In this document: positions 36,484 to 50,813 of the stretch, one piece after another
Layout: each line of letters opens with the position of its first letter
How positions within the stretch are numbered: position 1 is the stretch's first letter
Source: Marsupella aquatica
Lineage: Eukaryota; Plantae; Marchantiophyta
Length of the DNA stretch: 64,000 nucleotides
Direction of reading: 5' to 3'
Assembly (NCBI GenBank): GCA_973895155.1
Contig: OZ316891.1
Coordinates: forward strand, 29,928,331-29,992,330
Position numbers and translations under genes: made by a program
Notes under the pieces: model-generated
What the model saw: the letters and a program-made list of their open reading frames with translations, nothing else
The model's database searches: none
What the model was told of the DNA's origin: nothing

Positions 36484-39256
36484 TGTCTACTAATTAAAGA
36501 AAGACTGGGCTTTTCCAGAAAAAAAGTAAGTTGTGTCTGTCTGTAGTAGGGCATACCCTCATTCATGCAGGAATATTAGCATTCGTGTCATCTATCAATC
36601 CTCAAAGCCCTCAACTATCAGTGAATCACTTTAGTTGATAAACTTCCAGAACCACACATAAATCTGCACTTCAGGTACCGTCTATTGAATACCATGCAAG
36701 ATCGAAAACACTAAACCCTAAACTAAGGTGAGTAAATTATTTACAATGTAATCCAAGTCGACTAACTTTTGCCCTCAAACAAAAAGCTTTGATGCACAAT
36801 TGTAGTGGCAAGAACTATCACAAATCGATCAGCTATTTCTCACGAGGACTAAAACTTGACTATCGTATCTGCTAGTACCTGGTCTTTATTTTTGACATAT
36901 GCCTGACTTTAAGATATACTATTTGCATTAGAACAACTCAGGATGTCAAGGGACGATGGAAACATAAATAGTAGAAACAATGCCCATGCTAATGGATCTC
37001 ATTCAAGGAGCTTTCATACACATTTTGTAATCAGAGATCACCATTTGTCGCAATAGGAGTGAGGGCTCCGAGGCATATGAGCGGGCATATGAGTTCAAAG
37101 GGTCTCAACACTGCCTCCTTGCCATTCGCCCCCTCTCCCCCCTCCCAAAACCACCCGTAGCCTCCGTGATCAAGTACGTGAGATTGTTTTCTAGATTCGC
37201 TCCTTAATGATCAATGCCGACCTCTGACTCGTGCAGATCAAGTTCAACATGCTTTGTACTACAGTAGACTTTCTGAGTACATTTGATGTTCTCAATGGTA
37301 CACACACTCGTCCAGGCCTATAACATCTGAGATATCCTAAATTGGACCCTAATTAAATATATTTTGCAGAAACATATTCTTAGAGCACCCCCGCCTAAGG
37401 TATATAGTCATGCATATTTAATTTAGACTATGTGCATGGTTAACATGATCGACTGCATAAAACACGTACGTGTATCAGCTCAAGTGAAGTCGAGGTTGCT
37501 GTGTCTACATGGAGGAAAGTTGGGCGATTCAGTGCATGTAGTCCCGCCAGCATGTCGCGTCCTGCGTACTTGCCAGGCGTGGGCACCTCTGATTTGGATT
37601 TCTCTTCGTTGGAGATTTCTTGAGCTGGACAATAATTGTGCTTACAGGCTATCTCCTCGATCTTGAACTGGTGAGGGGCCAACTTGGCCGCGCTTGGTCC
37701 AGCGTGTAGTTGCATGCACTGACATTGCCATGGCCTTCATGGATTTTGCTCCAGCTAGAGTTTCAATGGTAGGCTTATGACCTGGGGTCATAATCGGCCT
37801 ACTCTACGGCCTACAAGCTGTGAGCCAGAGTTTCCTGGATAAACTGTGCAAACTGAGGCTGAGAGGAGTTTGTCGATCTCCGCACTAGCTTAGGTGTAAA
37901 AAGAACCGCGCCTATTTACGTCATTAATTGTCAGTGCAACCGGGTTTCTTGACAAGCGACTGTAGTTGCCACCGTTTCAACAATTTAGTGACGTGCTTGG
38001 TGGACCATTCAAGAAATTACGAATGACAGTTCTCTTAATTAGGTTAGGTTTCCAGTGGGCTTGATTCAATAACTTGCCGACATCATGGCACATAACAAAG
38101 GTCATAGCTAGCTAGACGAAGCCAACATTCGAAAACATTCTTCTGTCTCTCACTGACTATGTCTGCCCTCGACTTCGGTACGTTCTGCAGACATGGTCGG
38201 CTATTTAGAATTAATTTTAGGGTCTGTCGATCATGTACTCTAGCTGACTTGTGAGTGAAAGGTTTTCTAAAGTGAAGCCAATTCTATATGACACTGAGAT
38301 GTCTATCTAGAAACTGGCTAAGTTATGTGCTAATCCAATAGATAGATAATAACTTTTAAATATGATGTATAAGATAGACAAAATTTGAAAGTAACGTATT
38401 AGTATTGGGTACCGGGATCGAGGAGTCTGTTCATACAAAGATTATGCGTTTTACAAAGAGTTCGTGGGGCCTCCCCGGGCAGGGGGCCTCACTGAGTGTA
38501 GCTTAACAGGATTTCAAGACAATTTAGGTCTAGTATGGCTGAGGGCTTGTCATCCTAGTTGTCCATGGAGAAATTGACATGTCTCAATAGATACATTCAA
38601 AATCTAGCTAGAATTGATACAATGCTATGCTTTCGTTCATACTAGCAAATAAGAGTCAATCATTTGTGTTTAATGGCCGGTCCTATATCCCTCAATTATT
38701 TACTCGATCTATCTAGCAAGTTGTTGTCATTTTGTTAAGCGTTAATGAGATCACACATTCAATTCGTTGTTTTCATAGATTGGCTCCTGCATCATCCATT
38801 CCAATTAAACATTCACACTTGTGGAGCACAATCGCACTAGCAGATATCAATTTTAGAGATAATTTCTCTCTGTCAGTAGATCGAGAAAAGTACTTGGTGA
38901 AGAATTCAAAAGTAACAGCAATCAAACTCAATTTTCTGTCGATATTATAAAAACCACTTGAATTGCTCGAATAAAGTTAAATAGGAAGAAAAATGCCACA
39001 AAGGTCAACGTTTCGAAATGAACTTACTAACAAAAGAGCAATATACGCACAGACGGCTTCAAGCGATAAATATATGCACTCAGGTACTGCACTAGTGGAG
39101 CTAAATACCCTACATACAGGGGTGGGCGATGTGGGATCCCTAATGACCTATACTGATCGACTCTTTTAGGTGATAAGGCTACATCGAGGGGCCGGCTAAA
39201 TACCAACATGCAAGATGGCCTGCTAGGAGCATGTTTGCAATAAGCACCATATCCTG

Positions 39257-40369
39257 TCAGAGCTGAACAGTAGTCATAAATGGTTGGAAAAGGCTTAGCC
39301 CATCAGAGAAATCTCCGGAGTCTGGCACTTTCTCCCATAGAATCTCTTTTTTCTCAGTGCAAAAACCTTTGCTTTGAACGATGCTTGATCGGTAGGAAAC
39401 TGCGTTATTAGTCCATTGCACTACTGCTACAAGCTCATTACTCGCATGAACGGTAAGCGTTGCCTGCACATCCAAAAGGTGACCCTCTCCAAGGCCAACC
39501 CAGGACATGAAATGTTGCTGTCTCCATGAATTGGTGCATATGTCATAAACATGGACGCCACGGACATTCATGGAATAGAGATTCCCTTGAAAAGTGAACA
39601 CATTTCCATTTTCTACGTCAGCAGGTAGGTTTACAGCTTTCCAAGCATCGGTAGCTGGATGATAGATTTGCCAAGAGGTGGAGGGTGTTTCTCCATGTCC
39701 ACCACACAATAGAAGCTCCTCTCCGATTGTCAGAACTTGACTGAAAACTTGCCCATGATTCATGGCCTTTCTTGGGGACCACGTGTTGTTCTTGGGATCG
39801 TACATCTCTGATGAAGATGTTGGCGTTCCTTTGTCGGAGATGCCCCCAAACACATAAATCTTGCCACTTATCACACCACATCCAAAGAATCGTCTACCTT
39901 CTAGCATACTTGCAAGCTTTCTCCACTCCCTCTGCCCGGCCCGCAGATCCAGCATATAAAGACTTTTGGCGACAGCCACCTTGAAAGCCGACAGTTCACA
40001 ACGTCCTCCCAAGGCATAAATTTTCCCATCCAATGCAACTACTTGCCACGACCATGGGAGTGCAGTTTCGAAATCTGGGATCGGAGGAAGGTTACGGAAA
40101 GTCTTCTCTCTGGTGGAATACAGACAGATGCAGTACTCCCCTTGATCCTGGCGGTGAGGAATAACTACTAGTGTCTCCGTTGTCTGTGACTTAACTCTTG
40201 TATCGTGTACCAGTCCACTTCGAATTGCCTTTCGCCAACTAGTGCTTACTCCAGATAAAACTGAAAGCATTTCCCACGGCAACTTTGTAGCAATGTCGCT
40301 CAAGCTCACGTCATTTGGAAGACCAGGAAGTAGTTTGTCAAGCGATGGAAAGACATCCTTAGATTCCAT
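39257..40369 (-). CDS. F-box/kelch-repeat protein, intronless
   Basis: LLPGLPNDVSL...LSGVSTSWR F-box; kelch repeats GKIYALGG, GKIYVFGG...EMYDPKNNTW. TATA-like TATATAAG at ~40718-40724 on the minus strand. Confidence 0.92.
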   Translation of the reverse strand: MESKDVFPSLDKLLPGLPNDVSLSDIATKLPWEMLSVLSGVSTSWRKAIRSGLVHDTRVKSQTTETLVVIPHRQDQGEYCICLYSTREKTFRNLPPIPDFETALPWSWQVVALDGKIYALGGRCELSAFKVAVAKSLYMLDLRAGQREWRKLASMLEGRRFFGCGVISGKIYVFGGISDKGTPTSSSEMYDPKNNTWSPRKAMNHGQVFSQVLTIGEELLLCGGHGETPSTSWQIYHPATDAWKAVNLPADVENGNVFTFQGNLYSMNVRGVHVYDICTNSWRQQHFMSWVGLGEGHLLDVQATLTVHASNELVAVVQWTNNAVSYRSSIVQSKGFCTEKKEILWEKVPDSGDFSDGLSLFQPFMTTVQL

Positions 40370-40613
40370 AGCTACCGAATGCACAAGGAATGAAACCTGC
40401 AAGTTGATTCCCGAAGACAATTCTAGGACCGTGACTCTATTGTAGATTCTTTGCCAAAAGAACTCCGAGAAAATTCAAGTTTTTGATAGGAACAATGTCT
40501 GCAGGACGAATAACTTTCAATGGTAGACAAACAATGAGAAGAATGAGTGAAACAACAACCTTCTCGATCAGTATACTTAGGTAACTGAAGGCGATTGTGA
40601 GTGACCTAAGCAC

Positions 40614-40635
40614 AGAGAGAGAGTGAGTGACCTAA

Positions 40636-40692
<57 letters not shown>
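40614..40692. repeat. (GA)n/(CT)n microsatellite upstream of the F-box gene
   Basis: Long GA dinucleotide run. Confidence 0.95.
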
Positions 40693-40698
<6 letters not shown>

Positions 40699-41742
40699 AA
40701 TGATGGGGCCCAGCTCCTTATATAGGTAAGTGGCTGAATTGTTTAGGGCCCGACAGCTTACTGATCGGTGACAAAAACTAAGTGTCACTGATTGCTGACT
40801 ATGTGCCTAACATATTCCGGCAAAAGTCCTAGTCTTTCATTTTGATGTTCAGTATTGCGCGCCAGGTAGGGAGCCAACGGAGTAACCCTCACATCCGCGC
40901 ATGATGCCTTACCACCTACACCATGATGTCCGACCTTGTTAGTCTCATGTGCTATATATGTTAGTAGTCAGACGTGCATTGCAGCCCTTGTGTGCTTCAC
41001 ATCCAAACAGCAAGCCTTACTTATCGCCCAATCATTGAAGGAAGTCTTGCCCTGACTGGGCTTTCCCGATCTGGATAAAGAAATTTCAGTCCTACATAAA
41101 ACTCCCCCTAGGTTATTAAAATACACTTCATATTTTAGTATTTAAAATACACTTCATTTGTTATAAAAAAATACTCGGAAAAATACTTTGCAAAGAGATT
41201 CCATAATGCATGGACATTTTATTTAATGTGCCATTCAGTAGGGAGTATAGCCTCTACTGTGCCAGACATCCTACTGGGCCACAGGTCCTTAATGTTGCTC
41301 CATAGATGTAGGATGGGAGCATCCTTTTCTGAAAACTGATAGCCCAATATATACAAGTATCGCCAGGGGGTGATCCTGAACCCTAAACCCCCGTTCAAAC
41401 CCTAAGCCCCATAACATAGTGACACATGGCCAAATCAAACAGTGACACTTGTATTTGGAATCTACATACCACATCAACTGAAGTACACATAGAACAAATA
41501 TAAAAATGCCTGCATTAGTTCAATCTAATAGCAGCTCAAAATATATGGGTATAAACCATATATACCCATATATATATATAGAGACTTTGGGTTTTATAAA
41601 TATTAATTTGTTCAAAATTGTCTTTGTTTTTTGTACATTTGGTGGCTTGTTTGGTGGCTAAAGTAGTACAATCAATGACTCTTCTAACTTGTTAGCACAA
41701 CTAGGTGCGTAACTACATTCAGTTAGCCATGACTGACACCTT

Positions 41743-42030
41743 TAGGCTGAGGTCTGGGTATGTTATCAAGAGTACTTATAGATGGAAACTGTTCCCAATA
41801 ACTCAGACCCCCACTGTATGGAAATAAAGTACATGGATCAAGTGATCAATTGACTGTCAAATCCCAAACATCTCTCTATGTACCCCCTTAAGTAGGCTAA
41901 GGTCAGGGTATATTATCAAGAGTACTTATACTTAGGTGGAAACTGTTCCCAATAACTCAGAGCCCCACTGTATGGAAATAAAGTACATGGATGCACATGA
42001 TCAAATGTCAAATCCAAGCATCTCTCTATA
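41743..42030. repeat. Imperfect ~150-bp tandem duplication in TE-like intergenic DNA
   Basis: TAGGCT...GGAAACTGTTCCCAATAACTCAGA...GGAAATAAAGTACATGGAT at ~41743 and ~41893. Confidence 0.8.
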
Positions 42031-45000
42031 TATGTACATTGGAGAGATCAGCCAAGAGGAGCCCCGAGAGGAGCTAACACTCCAGGCCTCATTCACACCA
42101 AATTCCACTTCTTCTCCCAGTACACACAGGAGTAAATATATAACAATTGATGTTGCCACAAGATATATGGCGCATTGTTTTCCATGCCACCTGACGTCAA
42201 TTAGTTTGTCCTCTATCTGCTTTTGTACAAATAAACTTGACAGCAGGATGCAAAACTATCCACAAAGGTTCAAATCATGTGATCGAGAGGGCCAAAAAAG
42301 TCTATTGTCTAGTACAACATTTGCATCATGCCTTTGAGCCCCGTCTTGAGTTGCAATTGTATCATGTTGGTCAAAACTACCAACTGGGAACTGATAGGTC
42401 TGGGTTGGGGTCTGGGGTTAAAATTGGAGCTTCTAACTTCCGGATCCCTGGGCCCTTAGTGTTACTAATACAGGGAGGACGTGCGAACAATGCAAGGGTA
42501 TTTTTAATGTAATGCAAACTAATTTTTATAACAGTTTTTAAAGTAGGCAACATCCCTCTATATACATTCACCACAATATTAGTAATAAGGCAAGAATCAA
42601 ATACATGTCACATAAATCTTATGCAAGGGTACCCAAAATGCCAAGTACACGCGTCACTATATGGTTGACACACATGTCATCACTTCATTTGCACACGTGT
42701 CCATATAGTAAATCAGATATTTAATTATTATCATCTTAAGGCAAGTTTGGTTTCGTTGGTCCCCTTATGGTGGAACAAATGGATTAAGGTAGACATGTTT
42801 ACCCGCATGTTTAGGAGTTAAGTGGGGAGTTGAGTAAATTTTGGGCCAGGATCTTTGGGCCCAACTTGGTTGGGAAACTGGGATTGATGGGGATCCATGG
42901 ATTAATCCCACATGTACGGACAAGATTACTTTTGAATTCCCTTGAATCAAACAGCCATGTATGAGGCCAGATGTGTTTGTGTATTGAGGGAGGGGTCTCG
43001 AGCGCTCAAACAATGTTTGTTATAGTTGGTTCAGACTTTGAAGTATTATTCCTGGATTATACATATATAGTACTAATGAAAACTAGAAGTTCAGAGGCAC
43101 TTTTGCGAACACTAAGACAAAACTGCAGGTCTATGTGTAAACTATAGGAAGAACTATAATTTTCTCTCGTCCTAATTTTGTTTATCTATATAAAATATGT
43201 ACCTTGAACATCGAGCATAACATACAAGTCCCCTATGAAAGATAAAGTTTTAACTATTTCAGTATGATATTTGTAATTCTAAAAATTCAAGGGTGTTTTC
43301 AATTCCTTGAAAAACTCTATTATAATTTATAAAAGGATAAAATTTAATAGGAAAAGTTAATATTTTTACATTAACAAGGGGATTTTTTTTGTGAACAAAA
43401 ATATTAAGAAGGGGTACACGGGGGGTATCTGTTCTCAGGGGGGTTCACTTGATATAGTAAGAGTGAGGGCCCAGGGTTCCGGATAATATAGAATAAAGTG
43501 ATATTAGTAACCCTATAGAGGGTAAGAATTGTGAGGGACCTGGGTTACTTTATACTGTCTAACAGTTTCAAATGCAGAGTGATTTTAGTAATTAATAATT
43601 GTGTTCAACTTCATTCTATTGTTCCTGGGTTGCCAAAATCTTGTGATGTAACCAGCTGGTATTACTTTAGACTGCATAAGCAAGGGCAGTTTGGATACAC
43701 TCTGGTACCCTCAAGAATGTAATTATCCATGAGTAAATTCTTATGTGCTAAACTTTGTTTAGATGCTTGTGAAACAATTATTAGTGCTTGTATGCTGAGT
43801 GATCAGGTTTCATATAAAATTGAAAGATCACAAAGGACAATAAAGTGGGGTGAAAACTTCAAGTTTTAACAGATGTGAGTTCATCTCATTGTCACTTTCT
43901 AATTAGTCAATTTGGCCCCAAAGCAGAGTGAACCACAAACAAGTTGTCGGAGAATGAATTGACAAATGTACTAATGTAAAAAACCAGTCCTCAAAGACAT
44001 AGAGATTCTTTTCCATGATGCACCATTCTATTGACCTCAATTCCAGATAACTCTATATTTGTTTTTCAAGAATAATTGGAAAATGCCCGGGAAAATGCCG
44101 TTGGTCATGTCTGAAACACGATTTCCATCCATCCACAGAACATGATAACCGTCTATTTAACACAGTCATCTAGACCCTGTTGTGTAATTGTTCACCCAGC
44201 TTTGTGACGTACGGACCCCCTTGGTCACGGGTCTGGTTTAAAATAACCATTGGACCTTTGCACATAGTTTGAAAGCTGAGGACCCAGGCCAGGGCCTCCC
44301 AATTCCCTTTCAATTCCAAGGTCCAAAGTGATGGCCATCACAACTATTGAGACCAAACATCAGCATTGGTGTGACTTACATCTTTGATATTTGGGTCTTG
44401 GGGATCCTTCTTCCACCATGGGGGAGGTACAACCAAACTTGCCATCCTTGAATCTTTTAATAAATTTATGCACAAGTCTAGTGTTCAAAATGGTTTTAGG
44501 ATATCTTATAGAATTTAAATCTCCAATTTGATATTTTCAAAAGTGGAAAACCCAACTATTTTCGGCCAATTTATTTTATTAGAGGCAACCTTCTAGGGCA
44601 CATGCAGCTTGGGGGTCAGTCTTGGTAAGGCTTGGGGGTCTCGGTAAGGCTTGGGGGTCTTACTAGCTACAAGCCTTGACCCTGCACCCTGACCCCACAT
44701 CGATCACCTGTGATGGTAATAAGTCTAGTAGACCCTTAAATTTTAGGCAGGTTATTTTTCTCCAATTTTTTCATCCTCATCAGCTTAGTTGGATAAAACG
44801 TAACAGAATCTTATCAAAATTGCATTTTATTTTAAAAGACGCTCATGCTCTTATACATAATTTTCAAGTATTCTCTTATAAAATAAAAATTGACACTATG
44901 TTTTGTAGCACGCGATGTGCCCTTTGAGTGAAAGTAAGACTCTTGAGGGTCAAGGTCTCACAAGTACACACAACGGTGCGCAAAGGTACAACCTAAATAT

Positions 45001-45157
45001 AAACCACCAACGCAATTCTTTCATTCACGACGCCTAATGCTGCAGCCACATGACAACAGATGTGGAATGGGGTCCGTAGCGGGGTCCGTAGCCAGTAAAG
45101 TCAATTAAAAACTAGGGTCCAGTTTGCAGCTAGTCTTGCCTGCACTATTATATTTTA

Positions 45158-46619
45158 CTAGCCCCATGCTTGTGCGTTGCACAAAAGATGTAGAGATGAG
45201 GGAAAGATGTTATGATGAAAAAAATATGTCCATGAGAAAAAAGCAAGTTGAGGAGAGAAAAAGAAGTTGAGATGAAAAAAATATGTTGAGGTGAGGAAAG
45301 GGTGTTGAGATGAAAAATATGTCGATGAGAGAAGAAGAAGCCAAGGTGAAGAAAAGTTGTTGGGGAGAGAAATGATGGCGAAGTGAAAAAAAAGATGTAA
45401 AAATGAGGAAAATATGTTGAGGAAAGAAATGTTGAGCATGAGTGAAAGATTTCGCAGTGAGATAAAGTTGTCAAGGTGAGAGAAGATGTGGAGGAGAGAA
45501 AAAAATGTCAAGGGGAGAAAATATGTCAAGTGAGGAAAAAATGTCATGGTGAGATAAAGATGTGAATGTGAGAAAAAATGGCGAAATGACAAAAAGATGT
45601 TGAAAAACAATACATATGTAAAGATTACAAAAATATCTGCAAAAAAAACTTATTTGATAGAGGGCAAAATTTGCTCTCTCCTAGTTTTCATTTTGTAAAG
45701 TGTATTATTGTGTTTGATATGATGAGTCTTTTTATTTCTTCATTTTATTATTACCAAGGTTGTATTTTGTTTGCTCTTTGTCAAACAGTAAGTTTATTCT
45801 GATTTTATTGTTCTTTGTACAAAGGAAAAATTGAAAGATGGATAGAATAGACCTGACAATTTCACATTAATTTTTTTTAATGAAAATATATTTTTAATTA
45901 TTCTACATTCATTATTGGCTTGTTTTAAAAGGTAGCTCTGGGTAGGAAGTAGTCTAGATCAAACAAAAAAGCTTGTCATGAAAGGAATAGAGTCATGCAC
46001 GGAGGGGAGGACATGAGGGTACAATTCTACATGAATTGTTTTAATATGAAAATTATTTTCGAATTATTCTACATTCATGTTTGATGTGCATTCAAAAGGT
46101 AAATATGGGTAGTAAGTCATTTACAATAGAGCCAAAAAAGCTTGCAGTGAAGGAGTGTCATGTATGACAGACATGCACGGAGAGCTAGGAGGTACTGTAC
46201 CTTCACCAGGAGTGTAAGAAAAGTATATTTAGTTATACCTGGCAGTCAAGTGCGTGTGAGGGCAAGGAGATACGAGATACTATACCCTCACCAAGAGTGT
46301 AAGAAAAGTACCTTATGTTCATCTATTGTACCTGGCAGTCAAGTGAGTGGGAGGGCAAGGAAGGGAGCCTACCACAGTATCTGCTGATCAGTTGATGATT
46401 ATCCCCACATTAATGGCCGATGAGAGGCGTAGAAGTGTAGCAGAAAGCCAGGCCACGGAACAACAGATAGTATTGCAGGGCGTGGGAGGGTGAGCGCTGA
46501 TCGAGTGGATACCAAAAATACCCCTAAATATCTAATGGTCAAATTTGATTCCCGCCCATATTGGATTTTGTAACGGGACGAAGGATGAAAATGGCGGGAT
46601 TGCATATTATAGTTGGAGA
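45158..46619 (-). mobile_element. Non-autonomous Helitron-like element (copy 3)
   Basis: Minus strand A|TCTCCAACTATAATATGC at 46619 to TTGTGCAACGCACAAGCATGGGGCTAG|T at 45158 (hairpin plus CTAG, AT insertion site). Same minisatellite type as copies 1 and 2. Confidence 0.75.
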
Positions 46620-47399
46620 TTTGTTTGGAATTAATGAGCACAATATCAATGAAAAATTAAATACTAGATATTATAATTATCCATAGAAGTAGGAAGAGAA
46701 ACTCTTGGGGGTTTTACGGAGCCTATCAAGGCTCCCTAAAGACAAAATAGCACCAGTGAGGTGACAATCATGCTTATACAAGCCAGTAACGGCAGACAGC
46801 CAACCAACCAGACTGGCGCCTGAGCCCATTAACACACTAGTTCAATTCGGGCCATCGATCTGGAACACCGGCTCACAAACACCTGGTGCCCCCTCACTGA
46901 AAAATTCTCCTCGACTTGGAGCTCGATATCTCGATAGGCTTTTGGCGTTGCAAACTTTGTAGTTCGTTTTGGTCGATGCTGTCGGTGTTTTGTAAATGGA
47001 GGCACCTAGTGTAGGGCTTGAATCAAGGCAGCGGTTTGCGGAGACTCGTTCTTTGTTTGAGTTGGATTGACTGAGCAGATTTCAAGGACGAGATCGAAAA
47101 ATATATCGTTTTGGGTGTTGCGGCTGCTAAGGACACAACAAGGACTTGGGGAAGAGACACCGGAGGCGAATGTTAGACCTTCCGAATTAGGGTTCATGGA
47201 GGATTTTCATCAGGTCGTTGATATCAATATTCCACAGGAAAGAAGGATGGAAGATAGTGGGATGAAGTTACACTAGAGAAAGCCTGTGAGATGCACTAGT
47301 TACATCCAGACTGACAGCATTGATAGCGAATCCCTGGGGAATAGTAAGTCCGACCAACGGGACTTAATATCAACTTTTCACAACAGACACACGTACCGA

Positions 47400-49577
47400 A
47401 TGCAAGCAGCTACCATGTCTGAGAACATGACAGAATCAGGCGTCAAATCTGCGCTTCCTCCTGCGTCTCTCAATACTGAGTCACTTCTTGGCCTAGAAAC
47501 TGTTCAGAAACCAAGTCTTGAAATTGTTGAAGTATCCGAAACATGGCGTGATGACAGCCCGGATGACAGACAGTGTGCTAACGTGGGAACAGATATTAAC
47601 TCTACGGAGGGTATGAGATCACAGGATCGGGATCGAAAAAAGGAAAATCGGCGTAGAGCTTCTACCGGTAAGTCACTGTGGAGCAAGATTGTAAAAGGAT
47701 TCCAGACCGCCTCCATTTCCAAGCCGTCAATTATCGTTGGCACGGCTAGAGAAGAGCTTGAGCAGACCAAAAAGAAACGCTCTCGCTGGGTACAAGTTTT
47801 GCGTAACTTATTCCGACCTCGAAGCAAGAAGCCAAATCACCACAAGAGCTCTGAAATGTCCACATTAAGCGTCAACTATCATGTCCTTGGAAGCGAAGAG
47901 GCACTTCCCTTCCTGGAATATACTCATTTTCAGAAAGGAGATGCGGTTGGTAGCAGCCATTCTGGAAGTGCAAACTCTGACCAGTTAGCATACAATCCGC
48001 TGACTTCGAGCAACTTGCCTCCTCCTTGGATCTTACGGAAATGGAAGTTGAGAGATTCGCAAAAGCTTCTGAGAATTGACCCTGCCGAGGAACTTCTCTT
48101 CCACTGTGAGTACGCATAATCATTTGTCATTACCCGTCCTCATTTCACTTATTTGCATACATATGCTATAAGCTAAATGCATTTGCGGAACGTGGAATAT
48201 ATAGAATGTTTTTCTGTCACAATGCAAGTACCTTAGATAGGGGTCCACGACTAGATTCAGTTTTACATGGATGAAAAATGGCGGGTGCCATAATCTGTGT
48301 CGTTGAGTGCTACAGTGACAGATGACACAAGTCAGCAGTATACCTGCTCAATCAAACTCGAGAACAAGGCCAAAAGATACGTGGCGTTCAAGGTGAGGCT
48401 ACTGTCTTCACTTCCACGCAGGTGAAATTGCTAAATTAATCGATCTAAAGGCACGAGCCAGCCATTGCATCCAATTAAAGCGCGCAGACAAAACTAAACG
48501 ACAAATGACATTTTTTGTGTGCAGTTCAAGTGTACCTCTCCGGAAAATTATCTCATGAGGCCAAAGCATGGAGTCCTTGCGCCTAGCACAACAATAGAAG
48601 TGAAAGGTCAAAGTTCAATCTCTGCTCTCTGAAGTGATTAAACTCTGCTCGAGCTTTCCACTGCTTGGTCGACCCTTAACTTGTATATAGCCTTCTCTAT
48701 CCTTTTTCAGTGTAGCCAACGATCCATTTTGACCGTACCTGGAATTAGAGTTTCAAGCGAGGGTTGGAGGGATGATGATATTGTATTGTTGTTGCAAGAT
48801 TTGTGGAGAAGATCGATGCAATTTTCCTTCTATTCGTAAGAAAAATGCACTGCACTAAACCTGGTGACGGAATTATTTTAACAGTACGATGTGCCATTTC
48901 TTGCGGCTTCTTATCACCCCACCGAAGATTATTTAGATGTATAAGAACTCAATAGTTTAGGTTTGAGGATTAGTGAAGGTTTGAAGATTAGTGAAGGTTT
49001 GAAGATAGCTCAAATTTCAGTAATCCATTTGAAATCAGGTCTAAAGATTGGGGACCCTTTTTCTGCATCAGCAAGCAAGAACGATATGTTTGTTGTCGTT
49101 ACCCTTCCAATTCCAGCCAGTTTGATGAAAGAAAAGCTTTCGACGGTCAGCTCTTCCATCGTAAGTTTAACTGCTAATTTCAAACTAGTCCTAGCTGTAA
49201 CAGTATATGTATGTTTGTACATTTATTTGATTTTCCACTTTTTGATTATGTTTAGTCTAGCTTTCCGCGCGCATCCATGTGCGTTACTGCAATGGTGGCT
49301 CTCATAGTTTGATCAACTAGAATCAAATTGCATTCATTAATCTTTCTCGATCATGCTCTTCACTGCAATGAAATTTCGCATCTTTTAATCATTTATAGAA
49401 TTAAAGTGAGTCCGCACGGACACTTTCTGCCATTCTGCCAAAATCTAATCTGTTCGTATTTACACGCAGTTTGAGAGATTCCCAGATCAATGCTGCTGTG
49501 AAGCCGTATTTCATGCTGTTTTTCGTTCTCCGAGCAGTGCCAGCAATGTAAGTAGATCTACCAAACTGTGTGATTGA
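47400..49577 (+). CDS. VAP/MSP-domain protein with long N-terminal extension and no evident C-terminal TM; exons ~47400-48105, 48316-48392, 48525-48606, (possible small exon ~48884), 49039-49160, 49470-49577
   Basis: Spliced translation LLRIDPAEELLFH-LTDD...CSIKLENKAKRYVAFK-FKCTSPENYLMRPKHGVLAP matches the MSP signature. The start codon is uncertain. Confidence 0.75.
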
Positions 49578-50813
49578 TCCTTGAATGCGTAGATGTTCGA
49601 TATATATATATCTTTTATTTGAGTCAATTGATGATGGATAAAATTCATTGTGTTAACTCATGTAATACTTGAACTTATGACAGGCATTTAATATCGATCG
49701 ACAGGTCGGAATCGATGCATTCCTGGGTAATCAGAAACTCCGTTTGGCCTCAATTCCAGAACATTCCATGAGACTTTGAAGACTTGTAAATGATAGCTAA
49801 GGCGTTGGTCTGATACAAAGCAAGACGTTGATCTCGCTACATGAAATTAACTGTGGAGGTTACTCTTGACAATTACAACTCAAACACGCATCTTGGAGTA
49901 TTTCTTTTGATTCATGTAAGGATAGTCGATCTGTTTTAATTGTTCAACCACCAAGATCAAAACAACTTTGAGTATAGGTTAAATTGTGGCTGGCTGAAAG
50001 TTCGAATACGTGGACATAGATCGAGGTCAAAACTCTGTCTTTATATAGAGAGAAGGTGTGCGTCCCGATATCTACCTGGAAATGTGGGATAGCTTTTGTC
50101 TGCTAAGCTAGCGCGCAGTGTGTAAATTAATGATACATGTTAATCAAGAGGTGTTCAAGAAGTGCTAGTGATTATTCTTCACAATCAACTGTCCACATCT
50201 AACTGTACAAACTTTTTGATAAACGGAGGGCTTCTCCGCAGCCCAAAAGTGTCACCTGTCCAAAACACAAAAGGAAACCCTAGCCTGCCTCGAGGATTGA
50301 CAGGTCACTAGCTAGTAGTACTTTTAGGTGCAGGATTCGTTGGTAGCCAAATGACTGGGGTCGTTACTAGGAATTGTGATAACTCCAGTCATTAAGAGGA
50401 CTTTTAAGGGCGCGCCGCCAGTTGTAAGAATTGTAGTCAGCCTGCAGTTACTCCTCAGGGTTTGTTCCTAGTCAAATGACTGGGGTGATTACTAGGACCT
50501 TCCTGCTCGAACTGTATAAATGGCGTGAGCTTGACCTTAAAGCTCCATTCCACTGAGGACTTCTTACGTACTCACCATCTATTCATCCATCTTGCTAGTA
50601 GTTGTGAATAATTGTTTTGACTGGAAGCCGCATTTGGGACTGGACATTAGATGCATTAGTTTTCACTTCTTTCAAGGCCATCGAGGGTTTGCCCTTATTG
50701 CTTCGTGAAGGAGAAAAGGTTTTCAGCTACAGAAGAGCTGTACCATTTTCCTGTTGTCGATACCTTCAGCTTGTTTGTCAGAAGTTGTGGCCAGGACCCT
50801 AGTAGCAGCAAGT

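Noticed and set aside
42400-45100. Possible decayed DNA transposon(s)
   Set aside because: TE-like composition, but no matching TIR/TSD pair or recognisable transposase motif was found.
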